DNA of 61,821 bases, the filler included, from Sphacelaria rigidula (Eukaryota): the NCBI GenBank assembly GCA_964200075.2. It is 5 parts of 5 records of this genome, joined end to end, with 100 filler letters (N's around TTAATTAATTAA, not from the genome) between each part and the next. Parts side by side here need not be neighbours in the genome. Positions count along the whole stretch, not along the records: positions 24,771 to 37,054 come from CAXNAA020003922.1; 4 more parts are not named here. One strand, 5' to 3'. This document shows, piece after piece, positions 24,771 to 37,154 of the stretch. Below the pieces are notes generated by a model that worked only from the letters and a program-made list of their open reading frames with translations, did not search any database and had not been told where the DNA came from. A program made the position numbers and the translations under genes. Numbering within the stretch: position 1 is the first letter of the stretch; every line of letters begins with the position of its first letter.

Positions 24771-27700
24771 ACGCCAACCCCATCGGGGGTCCGCCCCTAC
24801 AAAGCCGGGACGGAGCACGCCGGGTTCTCGCCGGATCAGGCGGGGGGGGAGTAAAGCAAAATTTCTCCGTAGGTATTGTTTTTTCACGCGAAAGCCCTGC
24901 TCACGTCTCCCATTGCTCCTCTCGGTCAACCCGTCAATGGGAATGCAAGGTTGCTTCCCGTTCCATAGGTTGTTGGTGTTGGCAGAGAACCTACTTGTGG
25001 CTGTTGCCCCGTAGCACGTGAGGCATACACAGTCTGGAGATTTTCAAAGGAAGTACAGCACATGCACGACCCATGCCTACAACGTTTGGCGTCGTTGGTG
25101 CCTCCCGCGTTTTGGGAGCTTGGAAGTCATCGGCTGTACGCCAAACCTTGAACCATTCTCCGCCCTGTTCCTCATTATGAATCGAATCCCAGCCTAGCTG
25201 CTGAACAATCCAAGGACGTTTCAAGTTCGAACAGAAGGGTGCCACTGATGCCACCAGCAGGTTTATACCCACCGCCTCATCCGTGGTGCAATGACGAAGG
25301 CACGGTTGTTCAGGCGCCCTTCTCTTGACAGTTCCGCACGCTCACGTGAGATGACACCCCCTTGCACAATCGTTTTTTTCGTTACCATTGCTGACTGTTG
25401 ACTGTAGAGATCAAACCAAACGTAGAATTTTGTTTTTTTCCTACCGCTTTTGGCGAAAACCCGTGCTCGACTTCCTGTATAATCTACTTTTATTACTTGC
25501 AATCGTTTTTCTGTAATCGAACCATTGGGTTAGGGAGGACGCTGGTGGTTTCCCGTTGTTTCGCGTATTTTCAGCTCTCTAGACACCCCGCGTGCTTCCT
25601 GAAGCATACCTTTTTTATCAACTCTTCACCCTGACCGTCGACAATAACCAAATATTCACAGGACGAGCACGGTGAGTACACTGGCCTCGGGGAAAAACAT
25701 TATTCCCAAAGCGAAGCCCAAACCTCGTCCCCAAAGAAAGTAGGCGGTGTACCTCCAGGCTCGGTGGTTTTTGATGCTCAAGTGCCGAGATACCTCTTCG
25801 AGCGTGGCTGCACGCATGATATGGCTTTTGAAATCATGCGCCAACATTATCACTTGAAAACAAACTGGGACGAATCTGAACACTAGTGTACAATGTACCG
25901 ACTCGAAGATGAACGAAAGCGATGTTTGTGTCAGCTAGAGCTGCTGACAGGTTCGCAGATGCAGCGGTTGTTGCAGTTATCGTTTGATGGTGAAGTGCAA
26001 CTTATTCGTCCGCCATATTTCCAGACAGTTTCGGAGATGACGTCGTCCTTCTAGTGATCGTTAGTCCAACATGTTGGTGCTGGCTCAAGGATAGTGTGAT
26101 GAGGAAATACAACAGGCACGTGAACATCAACCCCTAACCAGGTACTCAGTGGCACTCGCCAAATACGTGCAGCAGTTAGCTGTATCAGACTTTCAAATGC
26201 AGTACGTGACCTCCTTACTTCGAAGCAAACTGGAGCAAAATTGGAGCATCATACGTATTCCGACTCCTGACTTGTGAGCAAGCTGCGGCGAACAATTTTA
26301 TCACCGAATCTGCAGACATGTTGAGCGTTGTCGTGGTTTATGCAGTGGTTGTTAATATTCCGGCAGGTAACCTCCTCAGTTGAAATCCGATAATGACGAT
26401 CAATGTGTTTCTCGCCAGATCTGCAAACAGGTTCGAGGATGTATTACTAGGTGCATCACACCTCCATTATGCACCTCCTGAAGCATTTTCGACGTGTGTT
26501 GGTCCCTACACTCTATTGATGGCCCGCGGTGTACAAAATTATATATCATGCTACCAATACTCCTCACATGGCTCGTGTTCGGCCTCACTTGTCGCAACAA
26601 CGGCTCGTATATTTTTTGTCAGATGTGTGGCTAGCTACAAGGGGATATATCCATCGCCACGCATGATGAAACATGATCGGGGAGCAACCTCGTGTCGTAC
26701 ATATGTCGGCATGAATCCACTCCACCTCGATGATGTGAACATATACTGCGGCTACAATGCTCCCAAGTGAAGAACATACCAACATGTGTTTTCGAGACCC
26801 GGAATGTGCTGTCTTCGATATCAACTGTACGCATGTATTGGAAACCTACAGACGCATCTGGGGTGTGAAGTGTTTGCGGTTCCTATGGAATCAAACATCT
26901 CGGTAATCTACAGCGGAAACCCGCAGTGATCGACATTCCCACCGTGCATCGGTACTGTGCTGTACCGTATGTTTTTTGGTTTTCATTCGAAATCAGAGAT
27001 TTGTAATGTTTTTGTAGTGGGCGATTTCGATGTTTTTTTCGCGTGCCACCGCTCATCGCGGCGATCGGTTGATCCCACCGTTTGAGAGTCGGGAGATACT
27101 ACTAGGCATCCGTTCCACATTCCGAATCGAAACCCGTCTCTGTGCTACATTTAACGACTTCCGAGCTGAGTCGACAGGGGATGTTGTTGATCATTTTTGG
27201 TCCAAAACACAATTGTTTTAGTCTCTAGCCCGATGAACAGGTGAAGAAGGAATAAGAATCCGTAAAATCCTCTTTGTTGAGAGTGTTGGGATTTGTTTCA
27301 CCCCCACCTGAGCTATTCAGAGCTCGGTTGGGCAATTTTCGATTTCGGGTACTTCTCTGAGCTTTCTCATCTAGACTCCGTTCTTGCCGCTTTCAACCCC
27401 GCCGTGGCGATAGATAGTGGGAAAAGGAGCAGGTAGTGCTCATAACAAAACCCTCAGTTGGTGTTTTCGGGGAGATATGGAATGAGTTACTTGCTAATGA
27501 AGGAATGGAATCGGCTGCCACTTGTCCGAAAATCAGTTTTTCGGCTCTAGAGCAATAATTAGGTTAACAAATTCACAGAAGCAACTATTTTTATTCATTA
27601 CGAGCTGGGCCAGCCTAGAGGCGGATTTGAAGCTTGCAGGCCGATGCTCCCGCCAATATTTAGAGTTGGACCCTGAAATGTGGTATGGACAAATGAATAG

Positions 27701-28017
27701 GGCTCTAATCGTCGGTCAAGTATTTGAATGGCCGCCAACCACAATGATTCGGGTGAATAAATGATGCTCGGAAGTCGGCTTGTGATCCTGCACAAGGCAG
27801 GTATTGGCATGCTGTGGTGTGCTTCAATACTTTTGGATATGAGTGTCGACACCATTTTCTTTTTTTCATGAGTTGAAGGCATTTTACTGAGACCTGAAAC
27901 TGATTATTGCCCTTAACTCATAAAAAAAAACACAAAACCTTTCGGTGCCGACGTAATTTGTTTTTCATGCCCTATGCATTGTCCACTACAAATTTCAGGG
28001 TCCAACTCTAAAAATTG

Positions 28018-29605
28018 CACACCCTGGACAATACAACATGTTTTCAATATATATTGGTCGATCATATTGGAATTTTGCGATATATTGCCTGTGTGATATA
28101 TATTGGTACCCTTAGACTGCACATGTATTGCGCGCCCAATATATATTGATGTCGCGGGACTGCATACATATTGCCCGCCCAATATATATCACCATTAGGT
28201 TGAACACATATTGTCCCATTAATATATATTGGGGCAGCGTGGGCGACAACATATTGCACGACCAATATATCTTAGGATCGCATTGATGAGAACATATTGA
28301 CCGGTCAATATATATTGGGTCTGCGTGGGTGACAATGTATTGGCCGGTCAACATATATTAGATATTATAAGTATCGTGTATCCTCCAGGAGAGATCCAGA
28401 CGCAATGGATGCCGGAACACGTGCAAATCGGGAAAAGCTTTACAGGGAGCCGCAGAAGTTTGCGTGCATTACTGCGGAAAGGTGTCGAATGCGTTCGATA
28501 TATATATATATATATATTCATATATATATATATATGAATACTGGTTAAAAAATATGGTGACAGAAGAGGCGACCCGGTATATGTGCCTACTGATACCTTT
28601 CTGGTCACCGGCGCGGGGCCGCCCATCCCCTTCCCAACATGTAATATACATATCTTGGCTAACCATCACGACGACAGACAACGCGGGTCGATATGCGCCT
28701 TTCGGTACCACCCCTGTGGTCACCGGGGCTGTGTTGCTTATACCCTGGACAACGTAATATGTTCCAATATGATACCAATACCTTGTATTGGAGCCAGCGC
28801 AAATATTGTCCTTTCAATATATATTGTGTTGAGATGTCCTCGGAGATATTGAAGCAACAACATATATTGCTCGTGTCATGATCATGAAGTAATTTATGTC
28901 AATATATTTTGTGCATGCCGGCCGTGTATGTATTGAAGTGTCAATATATATTGAGTCGAGGCGATGCGTAGCATATTGTTATTATAATATATATTGAACG
29001 CCAACCATGCAGAAGTATTGTTTTTCCAACATATATTGCGCACGCTGATCGGATAGCTATTGTGCCAATATATATATTGAACACGCTTGCGGAGGAATAC
29101 TTTGAGCATTTTCGGCATGGAAAATACGTCTTTGAATGGCGCCCGCGAACAAAGAACTGCCCACAATACTAATTCCAATACAATTTCCAATCTACATGTT
29201 GAAAATCAATATATTTTGCTACATCAACATGTATTGTGACGGTCGGTTCCCTCGTGAATTGTCCACCCAACATATTTTGGCGCTCCGGGTGTCGAGTATA
29301 TTGAATCGTCAATATATATTGACCTCGGGTGGCGGCAAACATATTACTCGATAAATATATATTGGTGCCTTCTGGCACCAACATATTACTCGGCCAATAT
29401 ATATTGAGGTGGCGCGTGTCGTGATATATTGTTCGGTCGATATATATTGCATGCCGCGAGCCTTGATATGTTGATGGCACAATATATATTGACCCTCTCT
29501 CGTGTCATCATATCGCTCGCCCAATATATATTGACCACCCGACGCCTCGATATATTGAGCGGGCAATATATATATATATATTACATATTGTACTGTCCAG
29601 GGTGT
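28018..29605. mobile_element. Non-autonomous DNA transposon (CACACCCTGGACA TIRs, 8-bp TSD) with an internal 42-43 bp periodic array
   Basis: TIRs CACACCCTGGACAATACAACATG and CATATTGTACTGTCCAGGGTGTG; TSD AAAAATTG/AAATATTG; the empty target is visible in inverted orientation at about 27645-27680. Confidence 0.85.
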
Positions 29606-30941
29606 GAAATATTGGCGGGAGCATGGGCCTTTAAAAAATCGGGTCGGTACAAGTTCGGAACAGTATTTCGAAGGCCACTCACGGGCCCACGTTTGTTTTT
29701 CGTATATTGAAGTTTTGTATGGGCGCTCTCTAAGGCATAATTAACAACACTCAGTGGGCCAGTTTTTTTCAATTATTTTTTCACTGGTTCAGGGCGTTCT
29801 AGTATGGTAAAGACCATTTATTCACGAGAACGCCCTAACCTCTTTGAAAAATAAATATAAAACGAAGGCCCATTTTTTTTATTCGGCACACTTTTGTGGT
29901 TCTCCATGCTAACTGTCAAATCACAATTGTAAAAATTGAGACATTGAGATGAGGCCGAAGAGCGACGTTCATTTCTCCTCAAATCTCCACTAAAAACACC
30001 AGAAAAATGAAACAAATATGGGAAAAATATGAAAAAAGGTAGCAAGCTGTTTTCATTTTTTCATTATGCACTGGCGGTTCATCACACGAAATTATATGGG
30101 GCAACTCTCAAAAACTGAGACGCGATATCCAGATTTAGGGCATCTAGTGCCTCTGCTCGTAATATATTGGTTTTAGTATGGAAACTCATGTGCACCATAG
30201 CTCGAGAAAGATAAGGAATTAGGTGAAGCTAAGGGTATCTATTGTCTCCCCTTGCTCCAGAGAATGTCCACACCAAAATTCGTCATCCGCTGAATGCATC
30301 GATCGGGGGTTTCATGAAGATTACAGTATAGACGCCCTCTCCGTTAGGTATAGGAATTACGAGACATGGGGTTTAATCAACGAGAAAATATGGGCCCGAA
30401 CTCCCCAGCAGATGAGCACCTTCCCCTTGGTTAGACGATTAATACGATATGCGTATCACGGCATGAGTCTGTGTCGATGAGATATTGCTTTCAGAGCTTA
30501 AGGCCGTTCTTAGGCTGGCCCAGCTCGTATTGAAACCTATTGAAATTGCTTTAACCGAGCAAAAATGGTCCAGGGTCATAACCTGGGGCTGGGTAATCTC
30601 ACTACCCCCGAAAAACGGTCAGCCCGTGAGGCCTTCAATAATGAGCGCAAATTGTTCTTGTTTCCTAATATGGAGGAGATTCTTGGTATCTCCCGATCCC
30701 CAAACTTTGGGATCAGACGTTCACTGGGATGAGCGGTGGTACGCGAAAACACTCTCCAATATTTCCGACCACAGAAAAACTACGAAAATCTCCTATTTCG
30801 GATGTTTACTACAGTACTGTAATCATGTAGGCGTAGAAATGAGGTGAGTGAATCGCGACCCCGACAGCCGTCACGTTTGCGTTTTCCCAATTGCAGCACT
30901 GAAGGCAAAACCGAGAAATTGGAAACGATGCGTTTACCATA

Positions 30942-31494
30942 GAGTAGTGGGCGGTCTAACTAATCATTTCATGGCATTTTGTGATTTTGTGGTAATTGGC
31001 GCTTTTCTTGAGCTCTTTTTGCTTGCCACCGCTCCTCATATCGGAAATCTGAAGATATTTGTATTCGCTCCACATTCCAAGGAGAAAAAATCATCTGTAC
31101 TCAATATTGAGTGAATTACAGGCTGACCGGCCATCGGGGGTCCTGCCACGTTTTAGTCCAGATTCTTACTCTTCTGTATTTTCGGTCGATCGAGCCCGTC
31201 CTGATCATATTTGTAAAGTAATGTACGGTTTTATTTTTTTGAAATTATGTCTACTCATTTTGCACTAGGGCCGAAAAACTGTGTTTCCCGGTCAATAACA
31301 CCCTCCTGATGAACGGGGTATTTACTCGTTTCGCCCGATAACACCAACATACACTGACTTGGGCACTGTGTTTCGAAGATGATCTGTCATGTTGTACCAA
31401 AATCTGCCGACGCTAGCAGTTTCAACTTGTATCGAAGACTAGCACGCGAAGAAAACCCCGAAACCCCCCTAAATAGCTAGACCGCCCACTACTG
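30942..31494 (-). mobile_element. MITE of about 550 bp with TA TSD (same family as 19081-19628)
   Basis: TA|GAGTAGTGGGCGGTCTAACTA ... TAGCTAGACCGCCCACTACTG|TA; the interior is a reverse-complement homologue of 19081-19628. Confidence 0.85.
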
Positions 31495-32149
31495 TAGCAT
31501 CAATGTATCAAGGAACACACACGACACAACCGAAACCGAAAATAGCGAACAGCATTTGCGAATCACCGGCGTTGCCTGGCTCACCACACCACACCGAACA
31601 CAACAGACTCTTCTTCCATCACCAAATAATTCCGCGTCCTTTAATATTTTACGGTCACTGCACTAAGCCGAAAATCCTAGCAACAGGACCCCTTCGTTCT
31701 CGATTTTGGACAACACGCCTCCTTCTTGAACACGCACTTCCGGCTTGTTGTACAGGAGTTTCAAGGAGAAATACTGTTGAAGTCGTATTTTTCTTGTAAC
31801 ATGTACCATCCCTGACAACTCCGTATACTCATCTTCAAGACACGTTTCATTGCCCTCAGCGTCATTCCTGCTATACCCCAAATATTGGAGGCGCCGATTG
31901 TTTGCATTTTCAGCGTGTGTGTTACGTGCGAAACTCCGCCTCTAAATAATTATAGCACGCTGTGGTGTTGTCATCCGAAACGGCGAAGACACGAGCAGGT
32001 CGTTTGTACCTTGCGCATCCACACAATACACCTGTTCGCCCAGAGCAGAGTTAGTGCCAGTTACACCAAGCCCTGTGCTTCCATGCTGCATCACGTCGGG
32101 AATAGACGCACGGGCCACAGCCATTTGAGTCCCTGAAGATCAACGCCTC

Positions 32150-32650
32150 CGCACGTTCACCGCATGGCCCGGCGATAACCCCTGTCTTGTGTCATGCCAA
32201 TAGGTTGTGCCGCAGGGTGCCTGTTGGTGAGAGTATGTGCAAGATTCTTTGTTGCTATATCGAGGCGACGTATGAGAATATTTCCGAGCCCAACACTCAG
32301 CGAGCTCCTTTCATATTCATCCCGTCCAGTGAATGCGTTTCAGCCATCAATGCTCACACTCTTCAGGCAAGGGGGACATCATTGGAGTTGTACCATTTTC
32401 CGAGAGGGCACAGCTGGCTATCATCACGTCGCCTGGCTAGTGCCGTATGATGAGTGCAGTAGTATGCACAACCGTCGTCACCATACCTAGCGTAGAGCAC
32501 CCTTTGCGCACCCACACAGGATAAGGTGATGTCTCCCAACAGCGCATGGCAGTACGCTGAAAAAGTCATAAATCGGCGTGTACTGCCCACCTCCACATCA
32601 CCATCTGCATGGTGCAGGTGTTTGTCATCAATCGTTTATACGCCGAGGAG
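32150..32650 (+). pseudogene. Possible decayed non-LTR RT fragment
   Basis: RRVPVGESMCKIL (like RPIAVGE), VNAF and TG*GDV (like QGD) in the expected order, but heavily degraded. Confidence 0.3.
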
Positions 32651-33208
32651 TATCACTGACATTTACTGATCATTCATCCAGCCTGTGACCCCGATGTGAG
32701 GTGCACAGAACAGAATGATCGCATGCGCGTCGTGTGTCACGTAAATCGGATGGGTGGAGAAACCATACCAGTGCCCTCGATACTGTCGACTTCTGTGCAT
32801 CTTCAGACTTCGGCACTCCTTCCTTTGCTTCAGTCGTGCCCCCCGCGCTGCAAGAACACGTATCGAGACTAGGCTTCTCATTGAAAGAGCCGCCCCCCCC
32901 CCCCCCTCCCCTGTAACGACCGTGCTGCACTGGTTATCTCTGTCGCGTGCTAACTCAAGGGTTGATGTGTTTGTTCACTCCATCCCACGTGCCTATATGC
33001 GACCGATATTCTATGATGACAGTCACCTGTCTTTCACACGAGCACGCCCTGAGATTCTCTTTGCTGGTTTCATGGTGCAGGATTCTCCTGAACTGGTCAG
33101 CGGGTCTCGTGATCGAGTCTGAGACGGTGTAAATCGTAGCAGCAGCAGCAGCAGCAGCAGCGGGGACTACCGCGACCTTGTCATTTCTCCAGTGCGTTCG
33201 TGAGGGGG

Positions 33209-34717
33209 ATGCCTGTAATGTGCATCCACACGAGTTGCACCACGGGAGCATCATTGGGCGTAGCCGGTAGCAGGAAGGCAGAATTCTGCATAAAACATGC
33301 GCGGGCGGGCATGGTCGACGTGACGAGCAAGCGGTGCGGCAAGGAGGGCTGCTCCACTCGACCGTCGTTCGGTGCAGCCAGTAGCACGGAGGCGGAGTTC
33401 CGCGTCGCACACGCCCCAGCGGGCATGGTCAATGTGAGAAGCGAGCGGTGCGGCAAGGAGGGCTGCTCCACTCGACCATCGTTCGGTGCAGCCAGTAGCA
33501 GGAAGGCAGAGTTCTGCGCCGCACACGCCCGAGCGGGCATGGTCCATGTGAGAAGCGAGCGGTGCGGCAAGGAGGGCTGCTTCACAATACCATCGTTCGG
33601 TGCAGGCGGTAGCAGGAAGGCGGAGTTCTGCGCCGCACACGCCCGAGCGGGCATGGTCGATGTGAAGAGCAAGCGGTGCGGCAAGGAGGGCTGCTCCACT
33701 CGACCATCGTTCGGTGCAGCTGGTAGCAGGAAGGCGGAATTCTGCGCCGCACACGCCCTAGCGGGCATGGTCAACGTGAGAAGCGAGCGGTGCGTCAAGG
33801 AGGGCTGCTCTGCAATACCGTTGTTAGGTGCAGCCGGTCGCAGGAAGGCGGAATTCTGTGCGACACACGCCGGTGCAGGCATGGTCGATGTGACGAGCAA
33901 GCGGTGCGTCAGGGAGGGCTGCTTTTCACAACCATCACCCGATGCAGGTGGTAGGAACGCGGAGTTCTGCGCCGCACACGCCCGCGCAGGAATCATCTCT
34001 GTGAACGGCGATGAATGCGCCTCCCAGGATCATTCTAACCTGGTTCGGGAGCACGGGAACAGCTACCGTGGTGCTGCACATGATTCGGTCATATGGTCTG
34101 ATCCCATGGGACATATCCGAGAAAATAACTCAGCGAGTGGTGACTTCGTCACGGGAGAGGCTCGCGTCGGTAGGGATGATGGATGTGAAAAATCCGGGCA
34201 TCCACCGAATGCCGGTCTCAACACGAGCGATGGTCGTAACGGTGATTCTCGTTGCCACTCGCTTGTCATTCACCAAAATCGATGGGGTGCAAATTCCACG
34301 ACCACGTCATCTGCCCCCTCGAGACAGCACCCCAGCGCGGCAGCAGCAGATAGGATTACTATGGGTGGGGCAGAGATGCGCATGAAAATCAAAATGGAGG
34401 GCACTGCTGCGCCTGCGCGAAGTTTCGAAGGCATACGAAGGAGCAAACGAGTTGCTGCGCGACCCAGCAGTTACGACAATATTGACCTTGGTGACTGCAG
34501 CAGGAGTATCCGAAGCCGAAGTTGTGCTAATAGCATCACCGATGGAAGGAACACGAAGCGGCTTCACCGAACGGCTCAGATGCAGCCAATACTTGACGTG
34601 ACAGCCGGGGATGATGTAATGCCTGATTATGACGGAACCAGTGTAAAGTTACACTTGAACGTGTCCTCCCCGTCTCGTCACGTGTCCGCGGTCTCATCCC
34701 GCCTGCGAAAGGGGTAA
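33209..34717 (+). CDS. EsV-1-7 repeat-containing protein (seven 38-aa Cys/His repeats plus a low-complexity C-terminus), 502 aa from the ATG at 33209
   Basis: Open frame with tandem C-x4-C-x3-PSFG-x2-GSRKAEFC-x2-HA-x-AGMV-x-V repeats (114-bp period), the pattern of the EsV-1-7 family expanded in brown algae; upstream acceptor TTTCTCCAG at 33184-33192 suggests a 5' UTR intron. Confidence 0.92.
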   Translation: MPVMCIHTSCTTGASLGVAGSRKAEFCIKHARAGMVDVTSKRCGKEGCSTRPSFGAASSTEAEFRVAHAPAGMVNVRSERCGKEGCSTRPSFGAASSRKAEFCAAHARAGMVHVRSERCGKEGCFTIPSFGAGGSRKAEFCAAHARAGMVDVKSKRCGKEGCSTRPSFGAAGSRKAEFCAAHALAGMVNVRSERCVKEGCSAIPLLGAAGRRKAEFCATHAGAGMVDVTSKRCVREGCFSQPSPDAGGRNAEFCAAHARAGIISVNGDECASQDHSNLVREHGNSYRGAAHDSVIWSDPMGHIRENNSASGDFVTGEARVGRDDGCEKSGHPPNAGLNTSDGRNGDSRCHSLVIHQNRWGANSTTTSSAPSRQHPSAAAADRITMGGAEMRMKIKMEGTAAPARSFEGIRRSKRVAARPSSYDNIDLGDCSRSIRSRSCANSITDGRNTKRLHRTAQMQPILDVTAGDDVMPDYDGTSVKLHLNVSSPSRHVSAVSSRLRKG

Positions 34718-36489
34718 ATTGAATGGAGGACCCGTGCACGCCTTTCCACCCGCTGACGTTGGACAAATCGTTGTTTCACCGTATCTATTTTGCGCAGGTC
34801 ATGATTTCGTGTAGAGCTCCGTAATGTATATCACGTTTGAGGTTTTGAGATCAAAGAGGTCGGCTGTGTTCAGTCGGTAGCAGGGGACGCGGAGGCCGCA
34901 TCGCATAGCCATGAGTTTGGATGTACGTGTTTTGGCGGATCGTCTCCAGCAATGGTTTCCGAACCATGGTGGATTTGCTAGCTGCATCTTCTCATGGTTA
35001 TGTCATTGCTTTTGGCAGGTCACCGCACAGAAAGGTGCATTTGTAGCCTTGTGTCATACAGCGGCGTCCCAGTGATGCAACTGGTTCATGCAGACTCGAT
35101 TAGGGTGAGAGCTTTCGGCTTGGGATCGATTCCTTATATGTTTCTGGATTCTTCATTTGAACGCGTGAGGTCATGAGTATCCGGGAATATTCCCAGTTTT
35201 CACATTGGTTGTTGTCTCAGGCTATTCCAGATTCGTCATTAGATTTCTGTGACAGAAAACACTCTCGTTCTTTTCGAAATACTTGAAAAAAGATAACGAG
35301 AACGTGTCGAAAAAAACTGCTCAAACGATAACCCCATTAACTGGAGTACAGGGTGGTACACTCAGCACAAGACAACTCTGCAGTGGTATATGAAGTGCAG
35401 AGTACTACACTGAACACCAGACAACACGGCAGTTCTGCAGTGTTTTCTGGTTTTAGAACCTGAAGACGGACTGTATACAGTATGACACCGTCACTACTGT
35501 ACTCTCTGTGCTTGCAGAGTACAGCCTGTACTCGGACAGGGGAGGTTGTACCCGGACAGGGGAGGTGGTCAGCACGCTATCTCTTGTGGATAGATGCACT
35601 GCAGTAGCTGGGTATGCTTTGTAATGTTTTGTTGGTGAAAACTCGCACGTCTTCTCTCATGATGGGCATCAGCGACAGAACTACGTGGTACGGTGGACCC
35701 CGAGTTGCGTGCACGCTCATGGATAGTGCAGTCTGTACAAGGCTGCACGTTGCTGAAGTCCTCTTCACGTCGCATTGTAAGCAGGGAGGACTGATGGTCC
35801 TGGGCTCTCTGCACCGCATGTTGCCCGCTTCTCCTTCATATCCTCCTGACCCAAACACGCACACACGCACTCAAGACACCCTGCTTGCAAGCGGTGCAGA
35901 CAGTACAGACTGTGTGTATTGTACACGAGTGACCATGTACCGCGTCATGGATTTCAGGCACAGGGCCCATACGAGGGGATAATTTAATTTTCAATTACTT
36001 GCGCGAAGGGCGATCATGTCCGAGCGTTCAACCTCGGCACCCTACCAACAGTGAGGGCCCGTTGAAAATCAGCCGAAGAACTAAAACATGAGACGTGTCT
36101 TGTCTCACTGTTCTGCGGCACAAACACTCTCACTTTCGCTCTCATGTGCTGTAGCTGTCACTGTTCTGGGGTGGGTTTAGACCTTGCGAAGACGGTTTGG
36201 TCTTTGCTGAGATTGAGCGTACACACAACAGTCTTTGTTTGACAGCAAATCGAGCCGTAGCTGCTCATCAGCTGTGCACGTCATGCGTAACCTTGCTCAT
36301 ATCTGTTCGGAATTCATTGAAAAATGATGATTAATGTGAGACGCGCGCGCAGCACACGCTTACAAAACGGTCAGCAACGACACGTTTTCGGTTGTTCTTG
36401 AAACGCCTGCAGCCGCCATTCGTCCAATACAGAACGGATTTCTGTCAAACAAAGACTGCCGTGTGTAGATCAGCAAGGGCTCGCAGGGA

Positions 36490-36990
36490 AATTAATGCGC
36501 GTGAGTGGTGGGTGTCTGTGCGTGTTTTTTCGAGGCTGAGTGCTGAACGATAGAGAACTAAAGCTAGAGGTGCAATGGACATGTATGAGGGAATGCAAGG
36601 GAAAGAGAGAATACTCCGTTTTTGACTTTATAGTGATGAAGCATGGAAATAGTAGAGAAATAGAAGTACACATATGCACGGAGGACGTGGGAATCATAAA
36701 TCACTGCCTGATATGGACAGAAAGCCAACCGACAAGAGCTAAAAAAGATGGGCGAGGTTAAAAGATGTACCAATGGGGAATCGATGAACTAGCTATGGAA
36801 GAGAAACGGCAAGAGTTCCAAGAGACGATGGCCAATAATGCAGTGAACGTTCCCGAGATGCTGCAACGCGTAGGTACAGTTGATATCGAAATGGGAAGGA
36901 ATCGAGCAGGAGCGAAGATTGTAGAAGGATAGGAGCATATGGTCAAGAACACAGCGAGTAAAGTCATGAGGAGTCATCCTACGATAGGGG
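36490..36990 (+). pseudogene. LINE ORF2 AP-endonuclease fragment
   Basis: LNDR..QWT..REYSVFDFIVM..VHICTEDVGIINHCLIWTES matches the end of an APE domain (S-x-I/L-D and SDH motifs), with stops. Confidence 0.6.
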
Positions 36991-37054
36991 GGGGGGGTAT
37001 TTTGGGCCATTTGTTGCTCGAAAAAACGGGTCCGGTGCGCGTTGAAAAAAGCGA

Positions 37055-37154
37055 NNNNNNNNNNNNNNNNNNNNNNNNNNNNNNNNNNNNNNNNNNNNTT
37101 AATTAATTAANNNNNNNNNNNNNNNNNNNNNNNNNNNNNNNNNNNNNNNNNNNN
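37055..37154. other. Artificial contig linker (N44-TTAATTAATTAA-N44)
   Basis: Identical to the other linkers. Confidence 0.98.

Noticed and set aside
28045-29580. True CRISPR array
   Set aside because: Eukaryotic context, no cas-like ORF, a degenerate core of only 12 bp, spacers split by a second motif and a position inside TIRs with a TSD. Kept as a transposon-borne periodic array.
19081-31494. 12-kb composite transposon bounded by inverted 550-bp repeats
   Set aside because: The two copies lie on different contigs separated by an artificial linker, and each has its own TIRs and TA TSD.
33181-33996. Antisense ORFs of 271 and 167 aa
   Set aside because: Shadows of the GC-rich EsV-1-7 repeats on the opposite strand.
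32900-35000. Endogenous phaeovirus insertion around the EsV-1-7 gene
   Set aside because: No other viral genes or gene-dense intronless tract; the family is a normal expanded host family in brown algae.
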